From the NCBI GenBank assembly GCA_036172245.1, contig JAYWIR010000010.1, positions 4,278,001 through 4,342,000 of the forward strand: DNA of 64,000 bases. Direction: 5' to 3'. The notes beneath the pieces were generated by a model. The model did no database searches and was not told where the DNA came from. It was given only the letters and a program-made list of their open reading frames with translations. Within the stretch, counting starts at the first letter, position 1. Every line of letters begins with the position of its first letter. The position numbers and the translations under genes were made by a program. Of this stretch, positions 12,790 to 25,500 are shown piece by piece. This DNA comes from Raillietiella orientalis. Taxonomy: Eukaryota.

Positions 12790-14700
12790 CAAGTAGTTGG
12801 TGACGCCTCCTCAGGATCGTGTCTCTTCAGCCTCGTCTTCGGGACGAGCACGGGCTAGGACCTGTAGGTGACCCCATCCCTTGCTTCTGATCTCTCAAGT
12901 GTCGACTCCTTATGGCGATCCTCCCCCCTATCTCATGCTCTTTGTTGGTTTTTTCGGGATCCTTTCTGGACGCGGAGGGGGTAGTGGCTTTTCCTTGGGT
13001 CTCAGTCGAAGGTCTCGTCTCGTCCTAGGGTGGACTTGTCGTAGGCCAGCAGTTCCCATTGCCCGAGGATGGCCCTCTTTGTCCGTCACGCCTGAGGTTC
13101 CGTCTTAACGCCCGACGACCGCTGTCAGGTGGCTGAAGGTGCGGCAATCGAGGGCGTGGCGTGGGGATACCTCGCATCTTCTGAGGTCAGCTTCATCCCT
13201 GGCTGGTGACCCTCGAGCGGGCAGCTCCGTCGCCACTCTACGGGAAATCTCCCGAAACGCGATCCCTTTTGGCGCAAACGATGGTCTCCTGACCTGGGTG
13301 CCCCGCGATTCCGCGCGCGGGCCCGAGGCCACCGCTCCTTTCCTCGTGCTGGACATCGACGGTGAAGCTGCGAGTGTGAGATTGGGTGATTTGCCGTGGG
13401 AGGCTGCCTTCGACTTGGGACCACCTCCGGCGCTCGTACCCGCTCGCACGACGCCTTTGCCGTCGCTGCTGGGCTCTCGCACCACCACCCTCTTTTAGTT
13501 GCGTGACTGGACGCGAAAGCTCCACCCGGGTGCTCACTCGTCGGTAGCACCTGCGCTCGCCTTTCAGCCACTGGTCACGCAAGGCCGGATTGGGCGAGGT
13601 CGTCACCACTTCGGTCTTCGTCGTCATCGTGCGCTGCTGGAGTCTCGGATCGTCTTTTCCGGAGAGGTCGCTGCTCCTTTCAGAAGCGGGAGCGGGCTCC
13701 CGCGAGGGTCTGAGGGTTTCTGTGGCCGACACCTGGATCGAGTCGAACCCCCCTTTCCCGCTTCCGAAAGGCTCGCAGGCCTGGGTTAGCACTGGCATCC
13801 TGTTCGGCATCCTCGCTTGAAGCTCTGTCCCCTGCGGAGCGTCGCTCTTGTTCGTGCCGAGGCTGCAGGGTCTCCTTCCCTATCGTGCTAACGGAGCCGG
13901 TACATTACATAAGGGAGACTCCAGGATTCGAGGTCAATGGAGAACCACCTTTGTGGCGCTCCAGCAGCTGTGCAAAATCATACTTCATCAGGATCTTTGA
14001 TAGAGTGTGATTATCACGAAACTCCTCCAATCTCGGAGAAAGCAGCTGTGCATCCGAAGCGCCAACGTCAGTCCAACGCAATGCGCGTCGGACAGGCGCG
14101 CCTCTTTCCCTGAAGACGAAGCTCACGTCAGCGAACGTTCCGGAACTGAAGAGAGCCTGCGTTGGGAATCCGAACTCCTCCTCGCCCCCCAAATGAAGAC
14201 TCTTCTATCGCGTACCCTCGCTCTCACCTCAACTGGCCTGCTCGTGGCATCACGGCAAACGTTCCACGCGGTTTCATTCCCTGTTTCACAGTCCAAGCCG
14301 GGAACTTTCCTCGTAGAGAACCTTGGTGCCATCTCTCCGAAGAATTCCCGAACTCCTTGGCATGAGAATTCCGTCATCCTGAGTGGGGGACGCGCTTTCC
14401 CCCAGGGGGTTTCGTTGTTGTAAGCGCACGGGTCGGTCACCGAACGTATCGAAAGCATCATCAGCGTGCTCGCTGGTGCCGCTGTTCTCTCTGGGCGGTC
14501 CCAGACCAAACCCCGGCAGCTCCCCGTCTCAACCCCACCTCCACAGAAGAGGCAGCGCTTTGATCCCGGAGGAGACGGTTGACTTTCTGAGTCTTTCATT
14601 CCCGGTTCGAACTGCTTGTGGCACCCTCCAGAGTTGCCCCCTTCTGCGTCCGCCCGCACCAAAGATGCACGGCCTTCCCAGATACCTTGGGAGGCGAAGA
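12790..14700 (-). mobile_element. Possible decayed LINE ORF1-like region
   Basis: VREFFGEM..RKVPGLDCETGN..VRVRDRRVFIWG loosely resembles the Tx1 ORF1 segment before the knuckles, followed by S/P/R-rich sequence. No clean zinc knuckle seen. Confidence 0.25.
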
Positions 14701-16454
14701 CATCGGCGGCGGGTTTCTATCTTGCTCGGCATCGTCAGGAGAATCCATCAGAAAGAAAAAGGGAACGGTTCCCATCCGTCGGTGGCGTCTGCGCTCGCTT
14801 TTTGACCGCTGGTCATGATGGAGTCTTGCTGTGGGGAAGGGCAAGTCGGCGGCTGCCCGTCTGCCTCACCCGGTCCAGCCAGGAGGCTGTCCTGACCTCA
14901 GCCCCTTCCCTCAGCTCCTGACAGGGGTGGGGGCAGCGGAGCCCACATGAGATCGAAGTGCACTGACCGGATCTCCTCGGCTGCCCTTGAACGACCGACG
15001 GCACGTCGCGCCGTTCTGGACGCGCTAGCACCCCACAGGATCCACAGCGGTCGAACCAGTGATCTCCCTCTTGTCGGCGCGGCGGGTGACCAGATGGCTC
15101 TCCCGGCACCGAGCTGGTCTCTCGCACGCCCTCGCGGAAGTGCGAGCTCGCTTCCATGGTTACCTCCGCTTCGCCTTTTTCACGCGTCTCTCGCGAACGC
15201 GTCGGGAGGGTTCTCGGGGAGTTTCGAGACCCCTCTCGCGGGCACCCCTGTCGCGTGCAGGATGACCTATTTCTCTGGAGCAGGGGGAAGCCATGTGATC
15301 CTATCCGTCGCGTGACTCAACGGCAGCTCTGAGCACGAACTGAGCACGAGGGCGATTCCAAAGCGAGGGAGATGCAAATCCGAGAGGGGACGCCTCTCCC
15401 CCTTTCCTCCTTTCCTTTCCACCCTCCACCACTGGCAGTGCCCTGCCCAAGCCCTCCACCAGCGGGTAGCAGGAATTGTTGGCACGAGACTTCTCCAGTC
15501 TGAGAGCAGCTGTTTTCCGGGGAGGTGTCCTCCGCCGGGAGCTCAGGACGCTCCCATGCTGAAGAATAAGTGGCAGGCTCTATTTATAATCGGGAATTCC
15601 AGGTAACTCAATGCTCCGCAGGAGTTGGCATTCTTCGGGCAGGTCGCCCTTCTGTCTCAGCGACTCGCCCTTCGGGAGCAACAGCTCTCGCTACTGCTTC
15701 TCGTCTAATTCGAGGATAGAAACCTTCTTCGGCGCTCCATCGTTTTATTTGCTTCTCGTTTTCTTCGTCTCCGAATCGTTGTATTCTTTCCGTCGCCCGG
15801 GTAAGATATCGAAGGTTTTTTTTCCATCCGCCGGGAAGGGTGGGGCTTCGACGATCTTCCTGAAACCCAGCTTTGAGCACGCTGGACCGAACAGGCCTGG
15901 TTAGATGCTGCTCACGTGAGTGCACGGTGCGCTGATGCTTTGAGGACTCGGAAGGGGAAGCAACAGGGCGCGTTCGCCTAGCGCATGCGCGCCGATGCCT
16001 CTCACTCCGTCGGAGAGAGAGGCCTCGCCGCCTGCTTGCGAACCGCGCCTGCGAGGGCGCCATGGCGGGTGAGAGCGGCGAGTGGCCACCGAAGCCGACC
16101 CGGGAGCGATCTGCTTAGCGCGGAGAGGGCAACGCCCATCCCATCGAGTGGGCTGATGCGGCGCAGCCACGGGGTTTCTTTAGGCGGCCCAGCCTCTTCG
16201 GCACAGATTTGCGAGCAGTATTCTTGTGCCGATGCCGCAGAGGGAACCCGACCTCGTTGCGAACAAGATCCTTGCGGGAGGTCCAGCCCAAGTCCATCTG
16301 ACCTGAGTCGGAGTCAGTCCGAACGATGCTCCAGAGCACATTTCCTCCGTCTTCACGAATGTACGCAAATGGGCAAAGAGTCAACTCCGGCAAGAAGAGA
16401 AAGAGCGTTGCCAACTCCCATTCCACCACTTGAGGATGTTAGCGTAAATTGGAA

Positions 16455-16720
16455 CTAAAATACACGTGTGCATTTGCACATGCATATGCACACATATATG
16501 TAAGCGTACGATTATATGTATGTATATATATACGTTTGTATGTGTATCGCTTCTCAGTCTTTTGACTAAAAGCAAACCATATATGTATGTATGTGTGTGT
16601 GTCTTCATGTACATGCACGTGCATATGAGTATGTGCACTGCGCGTGCACGTGTCTACCTTTAAGCATTATGCATACGTGCATATGTAGCTTTAGGTGTAC
16701 CGTACATGCACATGTACCCA
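16455..16720. repeat. Alternating purine-pyrimidine (AT/GT/CA) low-complexity tract
   Basis: Mixture of CATATG, GTGCAC and TATGTA units. Confidence 0.85.
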
Positions 16721-16949
16721 GCGAGGTTCAAAAGTAATTATGACTCAGATCATTAAAAATTAAAAGAACACGGATTAATGTTTTTTACATTTTATTTATT
16801 GAACATGGGATCCATCTGGCTCTGTACAGTGCTTGGCGTGGGATTCTGGCTTTTACATGGGACTGGCGTAGTCCCTTCCAGGGATCTCCCTCCAAGTGTT
16901 CTGTCACAGCTATCTGAATGTCATTGATGATGTCAAATCGGGCCCCTTT

Positions 16950-19900
16950 CAGCTTTCCTTTTGGGAAATAGGGAGCAGCGAAGAGACAAATCCGGCGTGT
17001 AGGGGAGATGGTCCAACGTCGACTTCTGTTTTCGCGCCAAAAACCCGCGTGTCTCTTTTTGCTTTCGCGACAGGGAACGCAACATGGATCGAGAGCACAG
17101 TTTCCTTCTCTTTGAATCTTCGTGCAAGACGCTCAGCACCACGGCTTTCGGGTGAGCCGGGAGTTTCCCCCCGTCCTTCGAAGTCTTCTGAAGAGTTGGC
17201 ACCGCGTTCCAAAGCCGCTGCACCACCACCTTCCTTCCCTCGCGTCCATCTTGAAATATTGGCAGATGGCGAAAGAGCGAGCCGCGCGAAAGGTATTTTC
17301 CCGTCGTCAACGAAACGCTCAGTCGCGCCGTGCCGCGTGCCCTTTGAGGAAGGTGCGTGGCCTGACCGGTGCGACCGTGTGAACATTCAGTCCTGGAACT
17401 TTTGGACCGCCCTGCGCACGCACCGCGCACGTGCGCGAGTTGTTCCCACAGTTCCTCGAACAGTAGTCTTCTTGGACTTGCAGCCGCAGTTGCTTTTTCT
17501 TCTCTCCCTCTCTCCAGACCCTTCCTGCTCGGAAAAGAAGGGGTTGCGTAAGAAGTCGACGCGGACCGGAAGTTTCGCGGGCTCTCCACGCAACTATCGG
17601 CGAGTTTTCAAGACGCACCGTTTTTAAATTGGTTTCCTTGGACGCGATGCCACGATCTTCCCTCTTCCGCGTTCCCGTTCTCCGGCAGCGTGCTTTGGAG
17701 ATTTGAGATCCGGCCCTTTCCGTGGTTGCCGGGAGACGACGCATTCGGAGTGACCGCCTCTACCGAGGGAACCACTCTTCTTGCGAAGGTCACTCTTGAA
17801 ACTCTGCGCACGTCTCGGAAGAGATCCAAAGAATCGCCCGCCTCGGTTTGTCCCTCGGCTGAGCAATCCTCTCAACATTCCCCGAGGAGCAAACGAAAGA
17901 CTAAAACCCCCTCAGCCCCTTGTTGCGCGGAGCATGGCGGTCCCCGAGCACGCCCGGCCTTTGGACAACCCGGATCTGCGTCCGCGCGCGCGGGCGGGCG
18001 CAGCACCTGGCGGCTCTTTCAGAGGGCGCGGCGAACTCTTCGGGTTGGACAGCGGAAGGAGATCGCCCGGGTCCGCGCGATCGAGAGCAGGGAGCGCGCG
18101 CTGCTCCAGGAGGGTGCGACGGCCCTTCAGGCTCGTCCGACCGTGGTCGCGCGCGCGACCGGTGGCGGTGCTTTGCGTCGCCGCTCAAGAGCACTGCCTT
18201 CCGCGGCGATCTGCCTCGGAATTCCACGACTCGGACACTCTCTTCAATCCCCTCCCCTCCTTCCGAGGTCAGCGCGACGAGCCAGCGAATCCTGCAATGA
18301 AGGTTCTCCATCCCCTCCCCCTTCCCAGTCCCTCCGACGTGATGCACTCACAGAACCCGCCGACGCAATCGCGGCTTCCGTGCACGTGGCCCTTTGAAAG
18401 CAGCGGCTGGCTCTTTGCTTGCCGCCCTTTCGCGTTGTCTGCACGGCTTGTTCTGTTGTTCGTCCGTCCGACCGCAGTCCCACAGCGCGGCCCCTCCGAC
18501 AGACAGCGTTTTCCCGCCCCGGCGACCGTTGTCTCGCGGTGCAGTCCGGCATCCGCGGAGAAACTGCCGCCCGCTCCTCCAGCTCGGCTCTCCGGAAACT
18601 GCGTTCGACGAGATTTCTTTGTTAGGTGGACGATGGACGACGTGCGGACGTCACGCCGATGAAACGAGGTATCTTCGGGATGAGAACGGGTCTTCGAGAT
18701 TCCCGTTCTTGTCCTAAGCAGCGAAGAGGTTGCCTGAGTCGAAGCCTCGAAAACGAAACGGAGGAATGTGGCTGGGTCATCTGAATGAACGCGGGCGTCA
18801 AAGGCGATGGGCGGGCACCACGGAACGTTCTTCCGATAATGAAGTTTCCGGGCAGGTGTCATTAAAAAAAAAGAGAGAGAGAGTCAGACGAAGAAGGAGG
18901 AAATAAAAAAACACGTGCGCTCGCGCACACATTCATGATTCTAAGAAACCTTCAGGACATTTCTTTTAGGGAGAACACAGGTGGGAAGTTCGTGCCCGCC
19001 CTTTTTTTTAAAGGAAAACCTTTCCCATTCTTGGCTGATGGGTGGCGTTCCGACAAGCCCCTCCGCTGGAACCAGGAACGCTCGAGCAGCAGCAGGCGAT
19101 CGGAGAGAATACCCACCTTTTTTTCGTTTTTTCGTTTTCGCTCTGCTCCGCTCTTGCTGGCTGTCCATACGCCTTGGCAAAGGGCGTGGTTTTCGCGGGC
19201 GCGGGCGCCCTGCCGAATGCGACGGTTCGCCATCCTTCGCAGATCGATGAGAGGCGGGTGGACGGGAAGAGGAGACCTCCTCCATCAGTCTGCCTCCCTC
19301 CGCTGAAAGAGGGCATTTGGAGCTTACGATCGCGCGCGTGGGCAGCGCGAACCTTTCTCGAGGACTTTACGTGCGTGCGCGGCTGCAAGCACCCCGCAGG
19401 TGCTGGACTTCCGTTAACTGTAGGTGCGCAAATTGGAGGGTGGTCGGAACTCCCTCGCATCATGGAGCAGCGCCACACTAAAGGGTGCCGCGAGCAACTT
19501 GACGACGGCATCTTCGCTGCTGCGGTAGCCTCTCTGACACCTGTTAGGAAGGCACGTTTCCAAGGGACACTTTGGGACCATCCTTCGCGTCTCAGCCACT
19601 TGTTAGAAAGGAGAACGAACGACGGGGAACTTTTACCCGTCGTTCCGGGTAAAAGTTTCGGTTTTACCCGGTCACGCACCGGGACGTTTATTTTGCAAAA
19701 ACAAAGCAAACCACAAGGAAGAAGGGAAGAAGAGCATCCCCTCAAAGAACAAGAAATACCCAAGAAAAAAGTAAGTTCATCTGCGATAACCCTCGGTACG
19801 CAGGCTGGCTTCCAAAAAGTAGGGAACGGAGGGAAGGAACAATGAATAAATAAAAAAAGACGGGAGGGTGGGGACAGGGGTATTTGGTTAAATATGTTGC

Positions 19901-20800
19901 TTTCCTTCTAGAAGCGGCTATGCATGGTGGAGATATCCCTGGAGACTTCTGGCGGATGAGGACACCTTGCTGTTGTCCTCATGAGGGCTGCTTCCGGTGA
20001 AGAAGCGTCTCGGCAAGTCCAAAGAGAGGGAGGCAGGGTCATGCGGTTGTCGGAGCGCCGTAGCGAGTCTCCGCCACGAGTCCTCAAGGGCACTGCAGTC
20101 CAGCAAAAAGAACGGGACGACCCGGGAAATCCTCGACGTGCCGAGCACTTCTGGTCTGTCAGCATGGAGGATGACCCGATGACTTCTCGAATGAGCGAGG
20201 CTGATTTTTTTTTTAATGTTTTTCATGAGATCGCGTTCGTTCTTCTACCTGTGAAGTCAAAACTCGTCTGAGCATCCTGAAAGTAGAGGGCGACGGCTTT
20301 CCCGGAGCCGGCGGCATTTCGGGATCCGGCCGCTAAGAAGCGATGAAAGACTTTTTTAGAGCGCGGCACCCTTCTTCATACGCAAACTGAAGCTCGGCGG
20401 GAACCGAAAGGGAGATAGCCTTGCTGCCCGAGAAAGATCGACTTCAGGCTGAAGCGCGAGCACTTCATCGTAGGCACGCTAGGATCGTGGGAGTCTTCAT
20501 AACGACGGAGCAATTCTGGAGTTGGGTATCCCGAAACAATGTGCGGAACACAACGAGGAATCTGCTGGTGGCGTCCTTCATGCGTCCAGGACCGCAGGAG
20601 CCTGCGAAGGATTCTTCTGTTTCTTGGGGAGATTCTTGGTAGACATCCGAGAAACCGAAAAGGGAGGTCCATCGTAAGCGTGCAGCAGCATCCAGCACGA
20701 AAAGGTCGATCGAATGACTAAGAGAAGGCCGGAAGGCGGGACGTTTCAAACGGCAACCCGTCGCTCCGAACGTGGAAGACAATCTGGAAGAGACTGCCTT
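16950..20800 (-). pseudogene. Heavily decayed ankyrin-repeat gene remnant, interrupted by LINE-B copy B3
   Basis: Scattered minus-strand ankyrin-like motifs: LERGANSSEDFEGRGETP, VDDGKIPF, GPSPLHA, RGRSPRKAVLLSG, AAHARDRKLQMP, RWTSLF, MKTPTILACLR. No continuous ORF. Confidence 0.5.
19662..20170 (-). mobile_element. 5'-truncated LINE-B copy (B3)
   Basis: LLDCSALEDSWRRLATAL..RRFF matches the family C-terminus. Terminal AATAAACGTCCCGGTGCGTGACCGGGTAAAA on the minus strand at 19662-19692. Confidence 0.85.
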
Positions 20801-20996
20801 CATTTCAAACTCGAAGGTTTCGGGTTTCGAAAGAAAGTTCCGTTGCCCTACCTGAGACGATGGAACACCGAACGCCGAAGAAAGGATGGTCCTGTAGCCA
20901 AGCGATACAAGCGGTTATCTTTCTGGATGGCACTCTTTCCTCTTGAACGGATCAAATGATTCCCAAACTTTGGTCTTTAATGTTACCTACATATCC

Positions 20997-21650
20997 TGGG
21001 TGATGGAAATCCTTTCGAGTTCTTCTGTTTTGCTGCTTTCCTTCCAGTTTTTTTTTTTCTTCCGGGTTTTCTTTTATTTTGGTTCGCAAAGTGCTGAATA
21101 ACCGTCGCCTCCTCAGGGGGGGGGGGCTCACGAAGCTCTTGTAGAAACCACCCACGCCGCCCGAGGGTGCGTGCAGCTCTTTAAAGGTTAGGGGGTCACC
21201 CCGTAGGGACTACCCTATGAATCCAGGGAGGCCCCGCGGAAGGGATCCATTCCTCTTTCTCTTTCCTCTTGGGTAGGGGGCCCCGAAGGGAACCTCTTTC
21301 CTCCTTCTCTCCGGAGTGACCCCCCAGAGGGGGGAAATTCCTCATTCCTTCTCCGAAGGGACCCCCTGGAAAGGATCCACTCCCGGAATTTCTTCTCCGG
21401 AGGAACCGCTTGGAAAGAATCCGCTCCTTGTTTCCTCCTCTGAAGAGAACCCCGAAGAGAGACTTCCCGATTTCTCTGAGGGGAGCTCTCCGAAGGGAGC
21501 AGAGCGCCTATTACACTCTGGAGGGGCGATGCCCCGAGGGGGGTACGACTCCATTTTCGCAACCGGAGGGGAACCCAAAAGGGAACAGAGTTCTTGATTC
21601 TTGGAAGGTCAACTGCCAATCCCGGCCAATCGACGGGGGCATCCGGTTTC
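20997..21650 (-). mobile_element. Headless copy of the hairpin-array element (about nine ~40-nt units)
   Basis: Degenerate tandem unit on + strand approx. CTCTCCGGAGGGAACCCCGAAGGGA..CTCC at 21220-21600. Colinear with the 37.9-38.6 and 52.2-53.0 kb copies. Confidence 0.88.
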
Positions 21651-21720
21651 CGACTCCCTTCTTTTGCAGCTATCTTCTCTTTCCGCGGGTTGATTACGTC
21701 GTCTGGAAGACATCCTAGAC

Positions 21721-22573
21721 CAGTGCTTCTCAAAGTGGGCGGTACTGCCCCCTGGTGAGCGCTGGAACAATCCAGGAAGGGGGCGATAGTAGCCTCAGGT
21801 GCAACTGGGGGGCGTTGAATAAAAATAGGCGAGGGCGATGAAAGAATAAAGAAAGAGAAGATGGGAAAATAAAAAAAAAAAACCTTTGTACAAGTTTCAT
21901 CTGTTGTGTACCACGAGAAGCCGTAGTTAGGTTAGGCACTTTGTTTCCCAAACAAACACACAAAATGCAAGTTGCAATCCATTAGTGGTCAAGTCTGCGG
22001 GCAGTCTCGTCAAGAACGTGTTGATAGGCGAGCGCACTGTCGGAGAACCCAGCATCCATCTGCAGGAATGTGTGAGTCATTACTTGCTTAAATTACGATT
22101 CTATTAATGGGAGAAATTATGAAATCAAGTTTAAAGTGTTTCTGAACTGCGCGAGAAGCAGTCAAAAATAGTGCAAGTGCATTAATTTTTAAATTAATGT
22201 ACTTGCACTAGTTACAGGCAGGTTACAGGCAAGTTACAGGTGAGTATATATGTATATGTGTAAATCTACCATACGGTTCTGTGTCTTCTAGTGTTTACTA
22301 CTAATCAAATTGTAGCAGGCTTGTGTCGGTACAATACTTTTTGAAGTGTACAGTTGATATATTTGTCAAATCTTTTATTACAATATCAACGAACACAGGA
22401 GAACGAAATCGCAAAAGAAAAACAAACTGTTGACCATTAACATTTACATACATTTCATTTCCATCGAACCATTTGTGTTAATTGGTAAATGAGAAGGTAC
22501 ATTTTCAGGGAAGCGCTGAGTAATTTTCTATAGGAAAAAGGGACGGTAGGCCAAATAAGCTTGGGGACCTATG
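21721..22573 (+). mobile_element. Non-autonomous hAT (Charlie/Buster-type) DNA transposon
   Basis: 5' end CAGTGCTTCTCAAAGT; 3' end AAGCTTGGGGACCTATG (degenerate TIR). 8-bp flanks TCCTAGAC and CTCTGGAC match 5/8 and fit the nTCTAGAn target. AT-rich interior. Confidence 0.75.
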
Positions 22574-25500
22574 CTCTGGACGTTGCGTCCAGTAGGGATC
22601 CCCGCTGTACTGGATGCATGAAAGAAGTCACCATCAAGGGTCTCGCATACCGCTTCGGGATCCCCAACTTCCGAATTACTCTATCGTCACGAAGACCTCC
22701 ACGATCCTAGCGCGCCTACGATGAAGTGTTCGGTCTTCAGCCTGCAAGTCCTTTTTTCTTGAGCAGGTCACACCAGGTCAGGTCTCTTACTGGAATCTCA
22801 GCCAGACGCAGGGTTGTTAGACCAGCTTCCACTCTGCGGTATCCGCCGCTGCCGTTAGCCGTTCAGCGACGACATTGTGCCCAGCTGTGTCTAGGAGAGA
22901 ATGCCTCACTCAATGATCCAAAATGTGAGGCAAGGTCCCATCCCAAGATTTACGGCATCGGTCTGATCTTCCTCCTTGGAGACCTCCTTGTGATCTTGGC
23001 CGAAAGGCCGAGAAACGATTTCACAGTGCTTCCTGGGGACACGTCGCCCGCAGGTAGAAGGGTTTCACACCCTGATCGGCAGGGATCATCAAAGTAGCAG
23101 CCCAGAATGAAAAAGGATCCAAATTCTGGTTTCATGTAAGCGAATTCTTCCGCGTCAGGCTGGACATAGAAAATATACTGGGAGCCCTGGCTGCCCGTGT
23201 GCTTGGGGGTTCGGGTACAGATTTTTTTTTCTCAGCGCTCTATCTACGTTGTTTCATTATTATATTCCGTGGATGTATTATTTATCTACAAAACATGCAA
23301 CCCATGAAGAACCGCGAAGTTTTTATGTATTCTTATCACAAGTTAATTTAGGATGGATTTACGTTGGTGTTTAAGCATGTCTAAATTTGGAGTCCTGTGG
23401 TTAGCAAAAATAGCATCTCGGGCTGCCATTTTCACAGCCAAACTATGGAGGACAAAAAAGGAAGTTGAGAGAAAGGAAACCTGAGGGATTCCCGACAAAT
23501 GGAGGTTTTTTCCCTTTTCGTTTTGTTGAGGAAGGAACTTGGAAGGATGAGCGGCTCTTTTTCCCTTCTTCTTTCCCTCCTAATCCATGTATTTCCTATT
23601 TTCCGTGATCGTTCTCGATAAGAGTTGCTTACCAAGTACGATGTGGTTTCATCATCTCGTTCAGTTGAAAGTGGAAGACGATCCTGGAATTGATTCTCAG
23701 TTCTGTTTCTTGAGGAAACTCTTGGTAGATCTGAGCACCTGAAACTTTTGTTTCTTACGTTCGGTTCTCGTTCCTGAAGCAAACCCGAAAAGAGAATGCC
23801 CATAACGGCTTCTGTAATTTGTACAAGCGATTGATCAAGAACATGCATTTGTAGTCAAAAATCACGGAATCACCCTATTCCGATAGGCACTGATCATTCA
23901 TAAATTTACAGAATTTGTTTAAAGTTCTACGAAAGCTGATCAAAAGTTTGGAATGGGTGGTTTACATTTCATGGGTGTTAAACCTCCATGAAATCGCGAA
24001 AGAAAGAAAAAAAAAAAGGCAACATTTGTGAAGTCTTCCCCGAAAGGAGAGCAAAAGGCTGAGAAACGGATTGTGGACTGACCAAGCTGTTGAGAAGAGG
24101 ACCAACTGCAAAACAGATACGATTCATCATCAAAACCAATTTTGCATTTCAAGTTTGGACGCATTTCCCCTTCTTGGAGTTTTCTAGATACAGATCTTTC
24201 ATACTGTTCGTATTGTTTCTTTCAAGTAGCCACCCCTAAAAGATGATTTTGAATCACGCATCATCCATATCCGTTTCATCTTTCGAGCCCCATGGTCGTT
24301 TCCATAGTTGTTGATAGCTTGCAAACAGAAAGTTCAGTACGGGATTAGACAGTTGATGGGAAAATGAAGAGTAATTTCAGAGTGCGGGACTCATCAGATT
24401 TTGACCTTCCGTGTTGACGGCACGCGAGTCGCGGTTGGACGGAACGCTTTTTCGCGTACCGCGTGCTCCGTCGAGGTGCAGACTGACTAACATGAAGTTA
24501 CTATTGTAATTGTTCATTTACGCCACATTAAATAAAATATTTTCACTTTCCCCAAACATATATTATTTATATAAAAATTACAATTCGAATAAACCAATAA
24601 CTGATTCACATTTTCAAGATATCACAAAGATGGTAAACGGTATGATAAATCACATGCCATACCGAGAAACACCGACAACAGTCAGCCGATATAAATAGAA
24701 TTTTGTTTACTGTCGTTGCCAAGGGACTGAATTATAAGAGCGTAAGTGCATGTGTCCATCTCAAACATGGATAGTGTTAACACGTGTCGCGTGGACAAGG
24801 CAAAAGCATTTGCCAAACGCATAGATGCGTCCATAACGCACGCTGATGGTTTCCGTCGGATGCACATGTGCGTCCATAGGGTCAATGCATTTTCGTATGC
24901 AGGACTTCTAAAGGGACACAAGAAATGGCACAGAATTGGCTGTGTTGAATTCGAGAAAGTAAGCACTGTGTATACTTGATACTTTGCATTCACTACTTTA
25001 TCTGAAATGAACTTATGGAAATGTTAGATGCTTCACTCCTACGGATTAACCAAAAAGGCCGAATAGAGACCACCGGCAATGCTGGATGCATTTCTTGGCC
25101 TGCATCGCCTGCTGGCTCGTTCGCACATTGCATCTGATTCCACTTACGTCCTCGTGGTAGAAGAAGCAAGTAGCACTATCTGGAGCACTACCTGCACCGC
25201 ACGCTCTCCACTTGACTCGGGAGATCCACAAGAGCGTGCCTTTGCATTCCCCCCGGGAAGGTGGTGTACTCGATGGCACCAGCGAAGGCCGGATTGGTAT
25301 TTTGCGTTTAGGATCGTGATAAGTTAGTGAAGTATAATTGCTTCCAGCAAAATGTAGATTAGGATTCAAACTGAAGACTCAGCGGGTGGCCTCTGTAAAA
25401 AAAAAAGAAAAAGAAAAAAGAAAGAAATGCTGCTAGCCATGATTCGAAGCGAAATCAGTCCACACGTCCATTCAGCAATGGTTTGGACCCACATTCGTTG

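Noticed and set aside
21220..21600. CRISPR-like array
   Set aside because: Units are degenerate tandem repeats without identical repeats or unique spacers; no cas genes; eukaryotic context.
23400..24500. Minus-strand exons with an upstream promoter-like patch
   Set aside because: Splice-like sites are present but frames contain stops and no homology was recognised.
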